64,000 nucleotides of DNA from Candidatus Omnitrophota bacterium (GTDB taxonomy: Bacteria > Omnitrophota > Omnitrophia > Omnitrophales > Aquincolibacteriaceae), in NCBI GenBank assembly GCA_043803685.1, contig JAZDJU010000037.1, positions 160,001 through 224,000 of the forward strand. The letters are read 5' to 3'. The notes beneath the pieces were generated by a model. It did not search any database, was not told the origin of the DNA, and was given only the letters and a program-made list of their open reading frames with translations. Every line of letters begins with the position of its first letter. Within the stretch, counting starts at the first letter, position 1. Below, in pieces: positions 36,788 through 46,215 of the stretch. The translations under genes and the position numbers were made by a program.

Positions 36788-38272
36788 TTAAAACTTCCAG
36801 GTCATATCCATCTGGAACCGGCGAACCGACTGGTCGGGCTGCATCCCGTTCGTGGTGGTCGCCCGCTGAGTGATCGGCCGCACGAGATAACACGCGCCGT
36901 TCAAGGTCAGATATTTCGTGAGGTTATAGCCCAGCTTGATGACATTTCCCGCCTTGTCGGCACCGCCATAGTTATAGCCTCCGAAGTCACTGTCATTGAA
37001 AGCGCCCACCACGGAATTCGCGCCAATGTACTTGTATTGGTAGCTCGCTTGCCAATCGCCTTTCTTCGCGAGCTTCCCGATCGTCAGACCTAGCGACCAG
37101 GCATCCTCCCCGCCCTGCATGGAATTATTGGGCGTCGCAGCAGAGAGGCCGGAGGTATTGCTCATGTTGCGCGCAAACTCAGCGAACGGTTTGACGGGGA
37201 TCCCGTGAGGGAAGATATTGATCTCTTGATAGAAGCTCAGGATATTAAAATTCCGGGCCGACAGAGTATTTGCGTCATAGCTAGGGTTCCCGTTGGCCTG
37301 ACTTGTCCCATCGATATACCAATTCGAAGTATTGGCATAGTTCTGATAATTGTAGACGGAGATCGCCGAGAGGGCATCCACCGGCCTTTCCAGCCCCGGC
37401 ACATAGAACACGGGATTCACCCCCGCCTGATAAGCGAACAGGTTCGCGTCTTTCGTGCCCGTGGTTCCCGACTCCTTAAGAACAAATTGCCCTGCCGTCA
37501 GGTAGCTGTTGAGATCCAGGTTCTCGGTATCCAGAAGCTTGGCATCGACCTTTTCATAGATGCCCTCCGGCTTGAGGTCCCGGTCCCAGATCATATCGGT
37601 AGATCCTTTTTCAAAAGGATTGTTGAACTTGCCAGCCGTGACTTCCGCGCCAGACACCGGACCCGCCTTGGCCCATTCCGGCGTGTACGTCGCATAGGCC
37701 TTTTCGATCCAGATATTCTTGAAGTTGAAATCGTTATTGAGCGACTGATTCGTCGAGACAGGGTCTGTGTTATAACCATTCGCACCCATTTTTTCGCCGC
37801 TCGCCATTGAAAACCCGATCTTCATTTCATCGTTGAATTTCTTTTCAAATCCGTAGCGAAGACGAAAGCGGAAACGGTTCCGGTTGGGTTCGGAAGTCGT
37901 GGCCGCGGTATTCCCGTTCAAATGGAACGCTTCATATCTCAATCGGAGGTCCCCGCTGAACTTGAGGTCTTTGAGCCATTTGTCCGCGCCGCCCGTGGTG
38001 TCTTTTAACCGTTCTTTGAATTCGACTTCGCTCATCGGCGGCGTTGCTTCGACGCCTCTCGAAGCCATCTGGAGCTTTCCTCCACCGCCCTCTTTGAGCG
38101 CCTGAAGCTCGGCCTTCTGCGCCATGACGGTCGTCTGCAATTCGTTCATTTGCCTTTGCATATTCTGGACCATGGCCATAAGCTCAGCGTCGCTCGCAAA
38201 TGCAGAGGACGTAAAAGTTAAAAGGCAGACGAGCAAAACGCTCGCCAATTTAATGAAAAGGGGATATTTCAT
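36788..38272 (-). CDS. Putative outer-membrane porin (Porin_5-like), probably for phosphate uptake
   Basis: Signal peptide, coiled-coil, FSGDLRLRYE...RFRFRLR, C-terminal MTWKF; lies upstream of pstS behind Pho boxes. Confidence 0.8.
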   Translation of the reverse strand: MKYPLFIKLASVLLVCLLTFTSSAFASDAELMAMVQNMQRQMNELQTTVMAQKAELQALKEGGGGKLQMASRGVEATPPMSEVEFKERLKDTTGGADKWLKDLKFSGDLRLRYEAFHLNGNTAATTSEPNRNRFRFRLRYGFEKKFNDEMKIGFSMASGEKMGANGYNTDPVSTNQSLNNDFNFKNIWIEKAYATYTPEWAKAGPVSGAEVTAGKFNNPFEKGSTDMIWDRDLKPEGIYEKVDAKLLDTENLDLNSYLTAGQFVLKESGTTGTKDANLFAYQAGVNPVFYVPGLERPVDALSAISVYNYQNYANTSNWYIDGTSQANGNPSYDANTLSARNFNILSFYQEINIFPHGIPVKPFAEFARNMSNTSGLSAATPNNSMQGGEDAWSLGLTIGKLAKKGDWQASYQYKYIGANSVVGAFNDSDFGGYNYGGADKAGNVIKLGYNLTKYLTLNGACYLVRPITQRATTTNGMQPDQSVRRFQMDMTWKF

Positions 38273-38323
38273 GGGTTTCGTTCTCCTCCGGTTAAATGGG
38301 ATCGGTTTTGTTGCCATGCCGGA

Positions 38324-38377
38324 AGTATAGAAAACCTATGTCAAGTCTTCGTGATGGAGGTGTAAGGAATGGGTAAA
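38324..38377 (-). promoter_or_regulatory. Four-repeat Pho box and -10 of the porin gene
   Basis: Minus-strand hexamers TTTACC, CTTACA, ATCACG, TTGACA at an exact 11-bp period (38372, 38361, 38350, 38339), then TATACT. Confidence 0.7.
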
Positions 38378-38448
38378 ATCCGGCCCTTTCCAAGATCGGA
38401 TCTGGGGAACGTGTTCCGGAAGGCTTACTTTAGGAGAAGGGGATGTAA

Positions 38449-39438
38449 CTAAAAAAACCGTCGCGCGAAAGCGTACGAGAGAGCGGCGATAGCGGCCGAG
38501 CACGGGATCGTGAGAACCCACGCCCAGATAATGTTCCCCGCGACGCCCCACTTCACGGCGCTTAACCGTTTCAGAGAACCGATGCCCATAATGGCGCCGG
38601 TGATCGTATGCGTCGTGCTGACGGGAACGCCAAGCGAAGAGGAAACAAAAAGCGTCACGGCAGCTCCGGATTCCGCGCAAAACCCGTCCATCGGACGGAG
38701 TTTTGCGACCTTCTGCCCCATGGTTTTCACGATACGCCACCCGCCGAACATGGTCCCAAGTCCGATCGCCAGGTAACAAGAAAGTGCGACCCAAAGCGGA
38801 ATTTCAAATGTCTTCCCCATCAAACCGGCGCTGAAAAGAAGGCTCGCGATAATGCCCATGGTCTTTTGCGCATCGTTCCCGCCGTGCCCGAGGCTGTAAA
38901 GGGCCGCGGAAAGAAGCTGTCCTTTGCGGAAAAGATGGTCCATCTGGGATGGCGCTTTTTTCCTGAAGATCCAGTAAACCGCGATCCCAAAAGCCAGACC
39001 AAGGATCAGCCCGGCGACCGGGGAAATGAAGATAAAAACGACGGTTTTCATGATCCCCGCCATGACAAGGGAACTCGGCCCGGCTTTCACAAGGGCCGCG
39101 CCGATCAAGCCGCCGATCAACGCGTGGGAGGAGCTCGTCGGAAGTCCAAAATACCAGGTAATGATGTTCCAGATACAGGCTCCCATCAGAGTTCCGAAGA
39201 TCACGTGATTGTCCACGATCGCGATGTCGATAATCCCCTTCCCCATGGTCTTCGCGACGTGGTGCCCGAAAAAAAAGAACGCGATCAAATTAAAAAAAGC
39301 GGCCCAAAGAACCGCTTTTTGAGGGGTGAGGACGCGTGTCGAGACGATGGTCGCGATTGAATTCGCGGAATCGTGGAACCCGTTCAGAAAATCAAAGAGA
39401 AGAGCCAGGAAGATGAGTGCGACGATGTAAAAGGTCAT
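38449..39438 (-). CDS. pit: Inorganic phosphate transporter, PiT family
   Basis: NGFHDSANSIAT, GLPTSSSHA, HGGNDAQK, PVSTTH. Confidence 0.95.
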   Translation of the reverse strand: MTFYIVALIFLALLFDFLNGFHDSANSIATIVSTRVLTPQKAVLWAAFFNLIAFFFFGHHVAKTMGKGIIDIAIVDNHVIFGTLMGACIWNIITWYFGLPTSSSHALIGGLIGAALVKAGPSSLVMAGIMKTVVFIFISPVAGLILGLAFGIAVYWIFRKKAPSQMDHLFRKGQLLSAALYSLGHGGNDAQKTMGIIASLLFSAGLMGKTFEIPLWVALSCYLAIGLGTMFGGWRIVKTMGQKVAKLRPMDGFCAESGAAVTLFVSSSLGVPVSTTHTITGAIMGIGSLKRLSAVKWGVAGNIIWAWVLTIPCSAAIAALSYAFARRFF

Positions 39439-39444
39439 GCGCTC

Positions 39445-40077
39445 TTAGGCCTGCTTAACAAGGATCGACTCGACCACGTGCACGGCATCCTCGCAAACGT
39501 CGAGGACCGTTTCCGCGTCCTGATAGATGTCTTTCCATTTGATCACGGAGACAGGATCCTTGGCGTATTTTTCAAAAAGATCGCTCAGCATATCGTCGCG
39601 CATCTTGTCGCCGAGATTCTCGAGGCTGTTCACTTCGATACAAGCTTTCAGGATCTCCTTACTCTGCTTCATGTCCCGGAGACCTTTGATAGCTTGCGAA
39701 ACGCCTTTGACGGACATTTCGATCACTCGGGAAAACTCCGCGAGGTTCCTGTCTGGGCTGAGGATCTTGTAAACGCGAAGACGCTTGGTGATGGTGTAGA
39801 GCATATCGATGATGTCATCAAGCTCCTTGGCCAGGGCGTGGATATCCTCACGGTCGAATGGCGTGATGAAAGTCTTGTTGAGCTGGTCCATGATCTGGTG
39901 CGTCACCTGGTCTCCACGGTGCTCGATGTCCTTCATGACCGCAACCTCTTCATCCGTCACCTTGAAGTCCGCCACGATCTTCACAAAGTGGGTCGCGGCC
40001 TGGACCGCGTAATCCACCTGCTTGTCAAAAAGATCGAAGAAATTCCCTTCCTTGGGAAGTAAGAAACCGAAGACCAT
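39445..40077 (-). CDS. DUF47 (PhoU-like) PiT accessory protein
   Basis: EHRGD, TFITPFDREDI, WKDIY; upstream of pit. Confidence 0.92.
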   Translation of the reverse strand: MVFGFLLPKEGNFFDLFDKQVDYAVQAATHFVKIVADFKVTDEEVAVMKDIEHRGDQVTHQIMDQLNKTFITPFDREDIHALAKELDDIIDMLYTITKRLRVYKILSPDRNLAEFSRVIEMSVKGVSQAIKGLRDMKQSKEILKACIEVNSLENLGDKMRDDMLSDLFEKYAKDPVSVIKWKDIYQDAETVLDVCEDAVHVVESILVKQA

Positions 40078-40264
40078 AGTGCTCTCCTCTGCTCAAATCG
40101 CTGATTGTATTCGAAGGTTTGTTGGTCCGAAAATAAGGGCTATCTTCTGGCCTCAGTTTATCCAAAACACCCGCTTTGTCTATGTAAAATTGGACGAAAA
40201 AAGTCTCGCAGGATGTCCTCCCCATGAAACCTTTCGCTGTGGTAAAATGCCCCGCTGAATTTCT

Positions 40265-40954
40265 ATGACAAACGAATCCATCCTCCTCATTGAAGATGAA
40301 AAGAACATTATCGAGCTTGTAAAATACAATCTCGAGCAGGAAGGCTTTCGTGTCCTCACCGCGACCAAAGGCAGCACTGGCCTTGAGACCGCGCTTAGAG
40401 AAAAACCGGCGCTCGTGGTCCTCGACCTGATGCTCCCGGAGATGAACGGCCTCGAGATCTGCAAAACCCTCAAACAGAACGACAAAGCTCGAACAATCCC
40501 GATCATCATGCTGACCGCTAAAGGAGCCGAATCCGACAAGATCGTAGGGCTTGAACTCGGCGCGGATGATTACATCACCAAACCTTTCAGCCCGCGCGAG
40601 CTCGTGGCCCGCATCAAGGCCGTCCTGAGACGCACTCGCGAAAAACCCGTTCAAGAGATCCTGCGCTCCGGCACCCTCGAACTCGACAGGACAAAACATG
40701 AGCTTCGCCTGAAAGGAAAACCTGTGGAGATCACCGCCAAGGAATTCGAACTTTTGAGCCTCCTTATGGCTTCCAAAGGAAGAGTGCTCACGCGCGAGAT
40801 CCTTTTGTCCAAGGTCTGGGGTTACGAAAACTCCGTGAATATCGAAACGCGCACGGTCGACATGCACATTGGACAACTCCGGAAAAAGATCGGAAAAGAG
40901 GCGGAACGGATCGTCACCGTTAAAAGCGTCGGCTACCGCTTCGACGGAGAATAA
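40265..40954 (+). CDS. phoB: OmpR/PhoB-family response regulator
   Basis: LDLMLP, GADDYITKPFS, RTVDMHI..LRKK; phosphate-gene context. Confidence 0.88.
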   Translation: MTNESILLIEDEKNIIELVKYNLEQEGFRVLTATKGSTGLETALREKPALVVLDLMLPEMNGLEICKTLKQNDKARTIPIIMLTAKGAESDKIVGLELGADDYITKPFSPRELVARIKAVLRRTREKPVQEILRSGTLELDRTKHELRLKGKPVEITAKEFELLSLLMASKGRVLTREILLSKVWGYENSVNIETRTVDMHIGQLRKKIGKEAERIVTVKSVGYRFDGE

Positions 40955-40955
40955 T

Positions 40956-42734
40956 ATGGGCCACCTCAAGATCGGCTTCGCCAAACGGCTTCTGGTTCTC
41001 TACGGCATCATCTTCATCCTTGTCTTGATCATCAACGACTGGACACTCTCTCGTTTTCTCGAGAAGCGCGATCTTGCTGAGCTTCAAAACTCCCTGACCC
41101 GCCAAGCGGTTCTCATCCGTGAGGCGGCATTCCCTCTTTTGGGAAATAGCGAACGCCTTCAGGAACAGATCCGGAAGATCTCCGCAGGAACCGATGTTCG
41201 TGTGACGATCATAGACCTCAACGGAGTGGTGCTCGCCGATTCGAGCGAAAGTCCGGCTGAGCTCTCCCAGATGGAAAATCATGCTCTACGGCCCGAAGTC
41301 ACGGCGGCTCTCCGAAAAGAAACAGGCGTGAGCATCCGTTACAGCATGACCTTAAAAACGCGGATGCTTTATGTCGCCATGCCTATCTTGGACCGGGAGC
41401 AGGTACGGGGGGTGGTGCGTGCGGCGATGCCAATCGCGCGCATCGATCAGATCCTCGCCTCGGTCCGCCGCTCCGTCATGTTCACGGCCGTCCCCGGGAT
41501 CTTGATCATCCTGCTCGCGGGCATCCTTTTTAGCAATCACCTCACGAAACGTATTCGCCGCATCACCTCAGTCGCCGAACGATACGCCCGCGAAGATTGG
41601 TCGGAAAAGATCCTGATGGACGGACAGGATGAACTCAAGATGCTCGCGAACACGATGAACCAAATGGCCGCGTCCTTGCGTTCGCGCATCGAGGACCTTG
41701 AGACTGAAAAAGGCAAGGTTGCCGTGATCCTGGATCATATGAACGAGGGCGTGATCGCCGTGGATCGCCAAAAACAGGTCGTGCTCGTGAACCCGACCGC
41801 TGAAAAACTCTTCGGGTGCATGGCCTCCGAAGTTCAGAGAAAAAGTTTGATCGAGATCACACGCCATCCCCAGATCGAAAAGATCGTGGACCTGGCCTTC
41901 AGGGAACAAAAGACCGTCTCTGAGGAACTCCATCTCTCCGGGGAAACCAAAAAGGTCCTTCGCTTGAGCGTCGTGGTCCTGAAGGGACCTGCTCGCGAGA
42001 TCGACGGCATTCTTGTTTTTCATGACATGACGGAACTTCGCCGTCTCGAAAATATCCGCAAGGAGTTCGTAGCGAACGTTTCGCACGAACTTCGAACGCC
42101 GCTGACCTCGATCAAGGGATTTATCGAAACCCTGCTCGCGGGCGCCTCCAAAGACCCGGCGACCAGCGAACGGTTCTTGAAGATCGTTGCGGAAGAAACA
42201 GACCGGCTCGGACGGCTCGTGGAAGATATTCTGACGCTCGGCGAGATCGAACAGGGCGCGTCCCTGATCAAGAAAGAGAAGGTCGATCTTTCCGCCGAGC
42301 TTCCGGCCATCCTCGAACGCTTCAAGTCACGGCTTTCAGAAAAACAAATCTCGGTCGAGAACCACATCACACCCCAACCCCTCTGGCTGTCGGGAGACCG
42401 CGACAAGATCCATCAGGTCTTCATCAACCTCCTCGACAACGCCATCAAATTCAACAAACCTGAGGGCCGGATCGTCCTTTCAGCGGATCAAAACCTCGAA
42501 GGGGTCACGATCACGATCGAGGATACGGGATCCGGCATTCCTGAGGAAGCTCAGAGACGCATTTTTGAGCGTTTCTTTCGCGTGGATAAGGCCCGCTCGA
42601 AAGAATTGGGAGGCACCGGATTGGGGCTAGCGATTGTGAAGCACATCATGGAAGCGCACGGCGGTCATGCCACCTGCCAAAGCACGCCGGGCCAAGGCTC
42701 ACGCTTTTCCGTTTTTTTCCCCGCCCCGCGCTAG
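40956..42734 (+). CDS. phoR: Phosphate regulon sensor kinase (HAMP-PAS-HisKA-HATPase)
   Basis: MENHALRPE, FVANVSHELRTPL, RIFERFFRVDKARS..GGTGLGL. Confidence 0.9.
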   Translation: MGHLKIGFAKRLLVLYGIIFILVLIINDWTLSRFLEKRDLAELQNSLTRQAVLIREAAFPLLGNSERLQEQIRKISAGTDVRVTIIDLNGVVLADSSESPAELSQMENHALRPEVTAALRKETGVSIRYSMTLKTRMLYVAMPILDREQVRGVVRAAMPIARIDQILASVRRSVMFTAVPGILIILLAGILFSNHLTKRIRRITSVAERYAREDWSEKILMDGQDELKMLANTMNQMAASLRSRIEDLETEKGKVAVILDHMNEGVIAVDRQKQVVLVNPTAEKLFGCMASEVQRKSLIEITRHPQIEKIVDLAFREQKTVSEELHLSGETKKVLRLSVVVLKGPAREIDGILVFHDMTELRRLENIRKEFVANVSHELRTPLTSIKGFIETLLAGASKDPATSERFLKIVAEETDRLGRLVEDILTLGEIEQGASLIKKEKVDLSAELPAILERFKSRLSEKQISVENHITPQPLWLSGDRDKIHQVFINLLDNAIKFNKPEGRIVLSADQNLEGVTITIEDTGSGIPEEAQRRIFERFFRVDKARSKELGGTGLGLAIVKHIMEAHGGHATCQSTPGQGSRFSVFFPAPR

Positions 42735-42745
42735 CGCGCAAAACG

Positions 42746-44200
42746 TTAATGGAAATTGAGGACGATGGCCTTGGAGCGCGTCATGGCCTCGATCGAATAA
42801 CGGATCCCCTGGGTCCCCAACCCGGAGCTCTTGACCCCGATAAAAGGAAAATGATCGGGACCGCGTTCCGTTTTTCCGTTCACCTGGACCGTGCCGACAT
42901 CAAGCTGAGCTCCGACCCTGAACGCGGAATCCAGATCTTCGGTAAAGACAGAGGCCTGAAGCCCATACTCCGATTCGTTCGTGATCCTCACCGCTTCTTC
43001 GACGCTCTGAACCCTCTGGATCGGAAGCACCGGGCCGAAAGGTTCTTCCCAGGCGACGCGCATCGCCCCGGTCACACGATCGAACAAGGTCGGATGGATG
43101 ATGTTCCCTTCGCGTTTGTTCCCCGTGAGAAGCTTCGCGCCTTTCTGGATCGCGTCCCGGATCAGCTCCTCGACGAAATCCGCGGCTTCCGTGGAGATCA
43201 GTGGCGTGATGTCAGCGTTGTCTTCCGGCCGTCCCACGGTCATTTTTTTCACAAGCGGCAAAAGTTCCGCGATCAGTTTGTCCGCCACCGGTTCCAGCAC
43301 CAAAATGCGCTTCACGGCCGTGCACCGCTGTCCGGAAAAGGAGAAAGCCCCGTCCACGATATGTTTGGCGGCCAGGACAAGGTCCGCGTCCTTCAGAACG
43401 ATCGCCGCGTCTTTGCCTCCGAGTTCCATCAAGAGCGGCTTCATGCCCACGATCGACGCTATGTGCTTTCCAACCTTGCTGCTTCCCGTAAAAGCGACCA
43501 TGTTGACGGCCGGATGACTCACCAGATAATCCCCGATCGCGCGGCCCTGGCCTGTGATGACATTCAGCACACCGGCCGGGATCCCGGCTTCGCAAAAAAC
43601 GCGCGCCAGATAAAGAGCGCTCACGGCCCCCTGCGTCGGCGGTTTGAAAACCACGGCATTCCCCGCCACAAGCGCCGGGGCGATCTTCGAGGCCGCCAGA
43701 TTGATGGGATAATTAAAAGGTGCGACCGCAAGCACGACGCCCACAGGGACGCGGTTCACGATCGAAAGTTTTGTTTCATGGAATCCGGGGAACGCCCCCG
43801 ACGAAAGGCTTTCGCCGGTAACACGCTTGCCTTCTTCCGCGGTGAAGTGGATCAGGTCGGCCGTGCGCGTAACTTCGGAAAGACAGGACTTCCGGTTCTT
43901 CGCGATCTCGCGCATCAGGACTTCCGCGATCACATCCTTTTCGCGCAACAAAATGTCCGCTGCCTTGTGAAGGATCGCCGCACGTTCACTCACCGGCACC
44001 TTCGCCCAAGCCTTTTGGGCCGCGGCCGCTGTTTTGAGGAACTCGTCCGCTTCTTCCAACCCCGCCGCAGGCACTTCCCCGACGAAGGAACCATCCGCCG
44101 GCGAAAGGATCCTGTCCCACTTTCCGGAACGCGGCGTCACCCACTGTCCGTTCAGGAGATTTTTGTATTTGTGTCCTTCACTGAAAATGCAGTTAAACAT
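42746..44200 (-). CDS. gapN: Non-phosphorylating NADP-dependent glyceraldehyde-3-phosphate dehydrogenase
   Basis: PFNYPINL, KPPTQG, ELGGKD, SGQRCTA, ERGPDHFPF. Confidence 0.9.
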   Translation of the reverse strand: MFNCIFSEGHKYKNLLNGQWVTPRSGKWDRILSPADGSFVGEVPAAGLEEADEFLKTAAAAQKAWAKVPVSERAAILHKAADILLREKDVIAEVLMREIAKNRKSCLSEVTRTADLIHFTAEEGKRVTGESLSSGAFPGFHETKLSIVNRVPVGVVLAVAPFNYPINLAASKIAPALVAGNAVVFKPPTQGAVSALYLARVFCEAGIPAGVLNVITGQGRAIGDYLVSHPAVNMVAFTGSSKVGKHIASIVGMKPLLMELGGKDAAIVLKDADLVLAAKHIVDGAFSFSGQRCTAVKRILVLEPVADKLIAELLPLVKKMTVGRPEDNADITPLISTEAADFVEELIRDAIQKGAKLLTGNKREGNIIHPTLFDRVTGAMRVAWEEPFGPVLPIQRVQSVEEAVRITNESEYGLQASVFTEDLDSAFRVGAQLDVGTVQVNGKTERGPDHFPFIGVKSSGLGTQGIRYSIEAMTRSKAIVLNFH

Positions 44201-45629
44201 CAGGACTTCACCTGGATACGATAGCGAACCACGACTTCCGCGTCCTTTCCCACAGAGACATCAAAACGCAGCGTGTTCGCGTCCACTTTCTTGTAGGTAT
44301 GAGAACTCGTCAGAACCTTCCAGTCCGAATAAAGAGGCTCAAGGACCCCCACCACCACGGCTTCCGCCTTGTGATTGCGGATCGTCACTTCCCATTCGGT
44401 CTCGTGCATATGGTTCGAGATGTGCTTGTAATCCATCTGAACGCGCTCGGCCACCACATCAAAAGCCTTGCCGATCTTGAGGCGCACGTTCTCATCCTTG
44501 GGGGTGTGCGGGATGTTATCCTCCCCGATGAACTGAAGACTGCCATCGGTGTCTTTTTTGTACATCCGGACCGTCCCTTGAGGGAGCGGCATCCCGACAC
44601 GATTGGCCTGGGAGTTCTTGAACTCCACAAAGACGTTCACATCCTGTTTTTGTTTCTGCCCCGGCATCGCGTAAAAATAATAATTGGGCGTACCCGAGAC
44701 CAGGAATTCTTTCTTCGCTCCCACACCCGAGGCCCCCAGAAGACTGATTGCTTGGTCTGTTTGTCCTTGAGCGTTGTGCGTCTCTGCAGATCATAAATAT
44801 GATATTCAAAAAAAGCCTTTTCTTCGAACTGCGGCGCCGCGGCCACGGCATCCATCATCATTTCCGCCCGCATGCCTTTCCGGGCATACAGGGGCTCACT
44901 CACGCGGTTCACATCGCCGGCGACCAGTTTCAAACGGGCGTTCCGATAGACCGTACCGCTTTGGTTATCGATCGTCACCCATCCGGAAAGATCGAGCGAC
45001 TTGTCGCTCCCGTCAAGCGTTGCCACATAATCGGCTTTCCAGCTGAGATCCCCGGTCAAATAGGAAACCTCGAGCTCGTGCGCCTTCGCGCTTTTGTTGG
45101 TGAAAAGCCAGGTGAGCGTCGGTTTCGAGATAAGGTTCTCGGGGATCGAGGGAACCACCTTGGTGCCCGGATATCCCAGATAAATTTCTTTACCGATCTG
45201 GTAGATCTGTCCTTCGTTATTGCTCAGGAGCGTCGCTTCGACCTCTTCTTTTTTGCTGAGGGTCTCATCCCACCGGAGGATCTTGAGCTTTTTGCCGACG
45301 TATTTATCAAGGAGGCGGGTTTCACTGATCAGGTCATACTCGTAATTCTGATCGAGCACGGAGAAATCATTCGGGAAGTTAAGCGACCTCGCGCTCACGG
45401 TCACGGGATTTATGCTCGAGGCCACATCCATGAAACGGAGTTCCCCTTCACCGGCCGGAAGTGTCAACTTCCGGGAGTCTTTGACGAGGGCGATATTGCT
45501 ATTGTAAATGGTAACCTCGATCCCTTTCTGGTCTTCGATCGTGCTTTGCTGGAGCGACACAGGCGCAGCGCCACAAACGGGCATCAGGCTCATAAGAAAT
45601 AAAAAAATCCCTGCAAAGCGAACCTTCAT
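44200..45629 (-). pseudogene. DUF4139-domain exported protein split by a 1-nt frameshift near 44748
   Basis: ORF 44637-45629 reads ...TTLKDKQTKQ and then leaves frame. Adding one A (CAA ATC AGT CTT CTG) gives QISLLGASGVGAKKEF, joining ORF 44200-44724. SD AGGAGG precedes the ATG at 45629. Confidence 0.8.
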
Positions 45630-45664
45630 AAAACCTCCTGAATTTTGATGCTTGGAACAGAACA

Positions 45665-46111
45665 TTAAGATCTCTTGCTCCCGGATCGCTTGGAATGAAG
45701 GGGGACTCGCTCGTGGACTTTTTTCCCGGGAAAACGGCAATGGCCTACGGATGGCTCTCCGATCCGCCAGGAAAAATAGACTCGTTGACCTTCATGTATC
45801 CCGGGAAACTCCACATGCCCTGTCTCGATGTTGCGCAAAAGGCAACCGGTGGCGAATACGGCTTCGACGTCTTTGGCCAGCTCCTCGATCGCCTCCTCCA
45901 GCGCGTGGATCCCGCTTTCGAGGCCGTCCTCTTGTTCCAAAAAACCGTGGGTTCGCTCTGCCGCGCAAACAAGCTCATGCATGAAAAGAAGATCGTGCGT
46001 GCGGGCGTAAGCTTCTTTTTTGGTCCGGAGGACTTTTAAACGCTTTTCGAGCTCGGGCACAAGCCCATCCGCTTCCTGAAGAGTAAAGATCCTTTTTTTC
46101 TTCTTAGTCAC
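45665..46111 (-). CDS. DUF2203 family protein
   Basis: FTLQEA..LVP, GCLLRNIETGHVEFP, YFSWRIGEP; GTG start with SD AAGGAGG. Confidence 0.8.
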   Translation of the reverse strand: MTKKKKRIFTLQEADGLVPELEKRLKVLRTKKEAYARTHDLLFMHELVCAAERTHGFLEQEDGLESGIHALEEAIEELAKDVEAVFATGCLLRNIETGHVEFPGIHEGQRVYFSWRIGEPSVGHCRFPGKKVHERVPLHSKRSGSKRS

Positions 46112-46215
46112 AGACCCAGCCTCCTTCTCCGTGCCCGATAAGAATACTCCCGGTCGCTCCGCAAAGCAAATTCCAAATCAGGCCCAAGACTTCCGTCTCA
46201 GGTCTACTGTCTGTT

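Noticed and set aside
42749..44224. 491-aa plus-strand ORF (likewise 16541-18094, 11327-12541, 22714-23781, 40025-40984, 47751-48710)
   Set aside because: These are antisense shadows of well-conserved genes in GC-rich DNA, with no recognisable motifs.
44735..44760. Programmed -1 ribosomal frameshift
   Set aside because: There is no X XXY YYZ slippery site; a mutation or assembly error is simpler.
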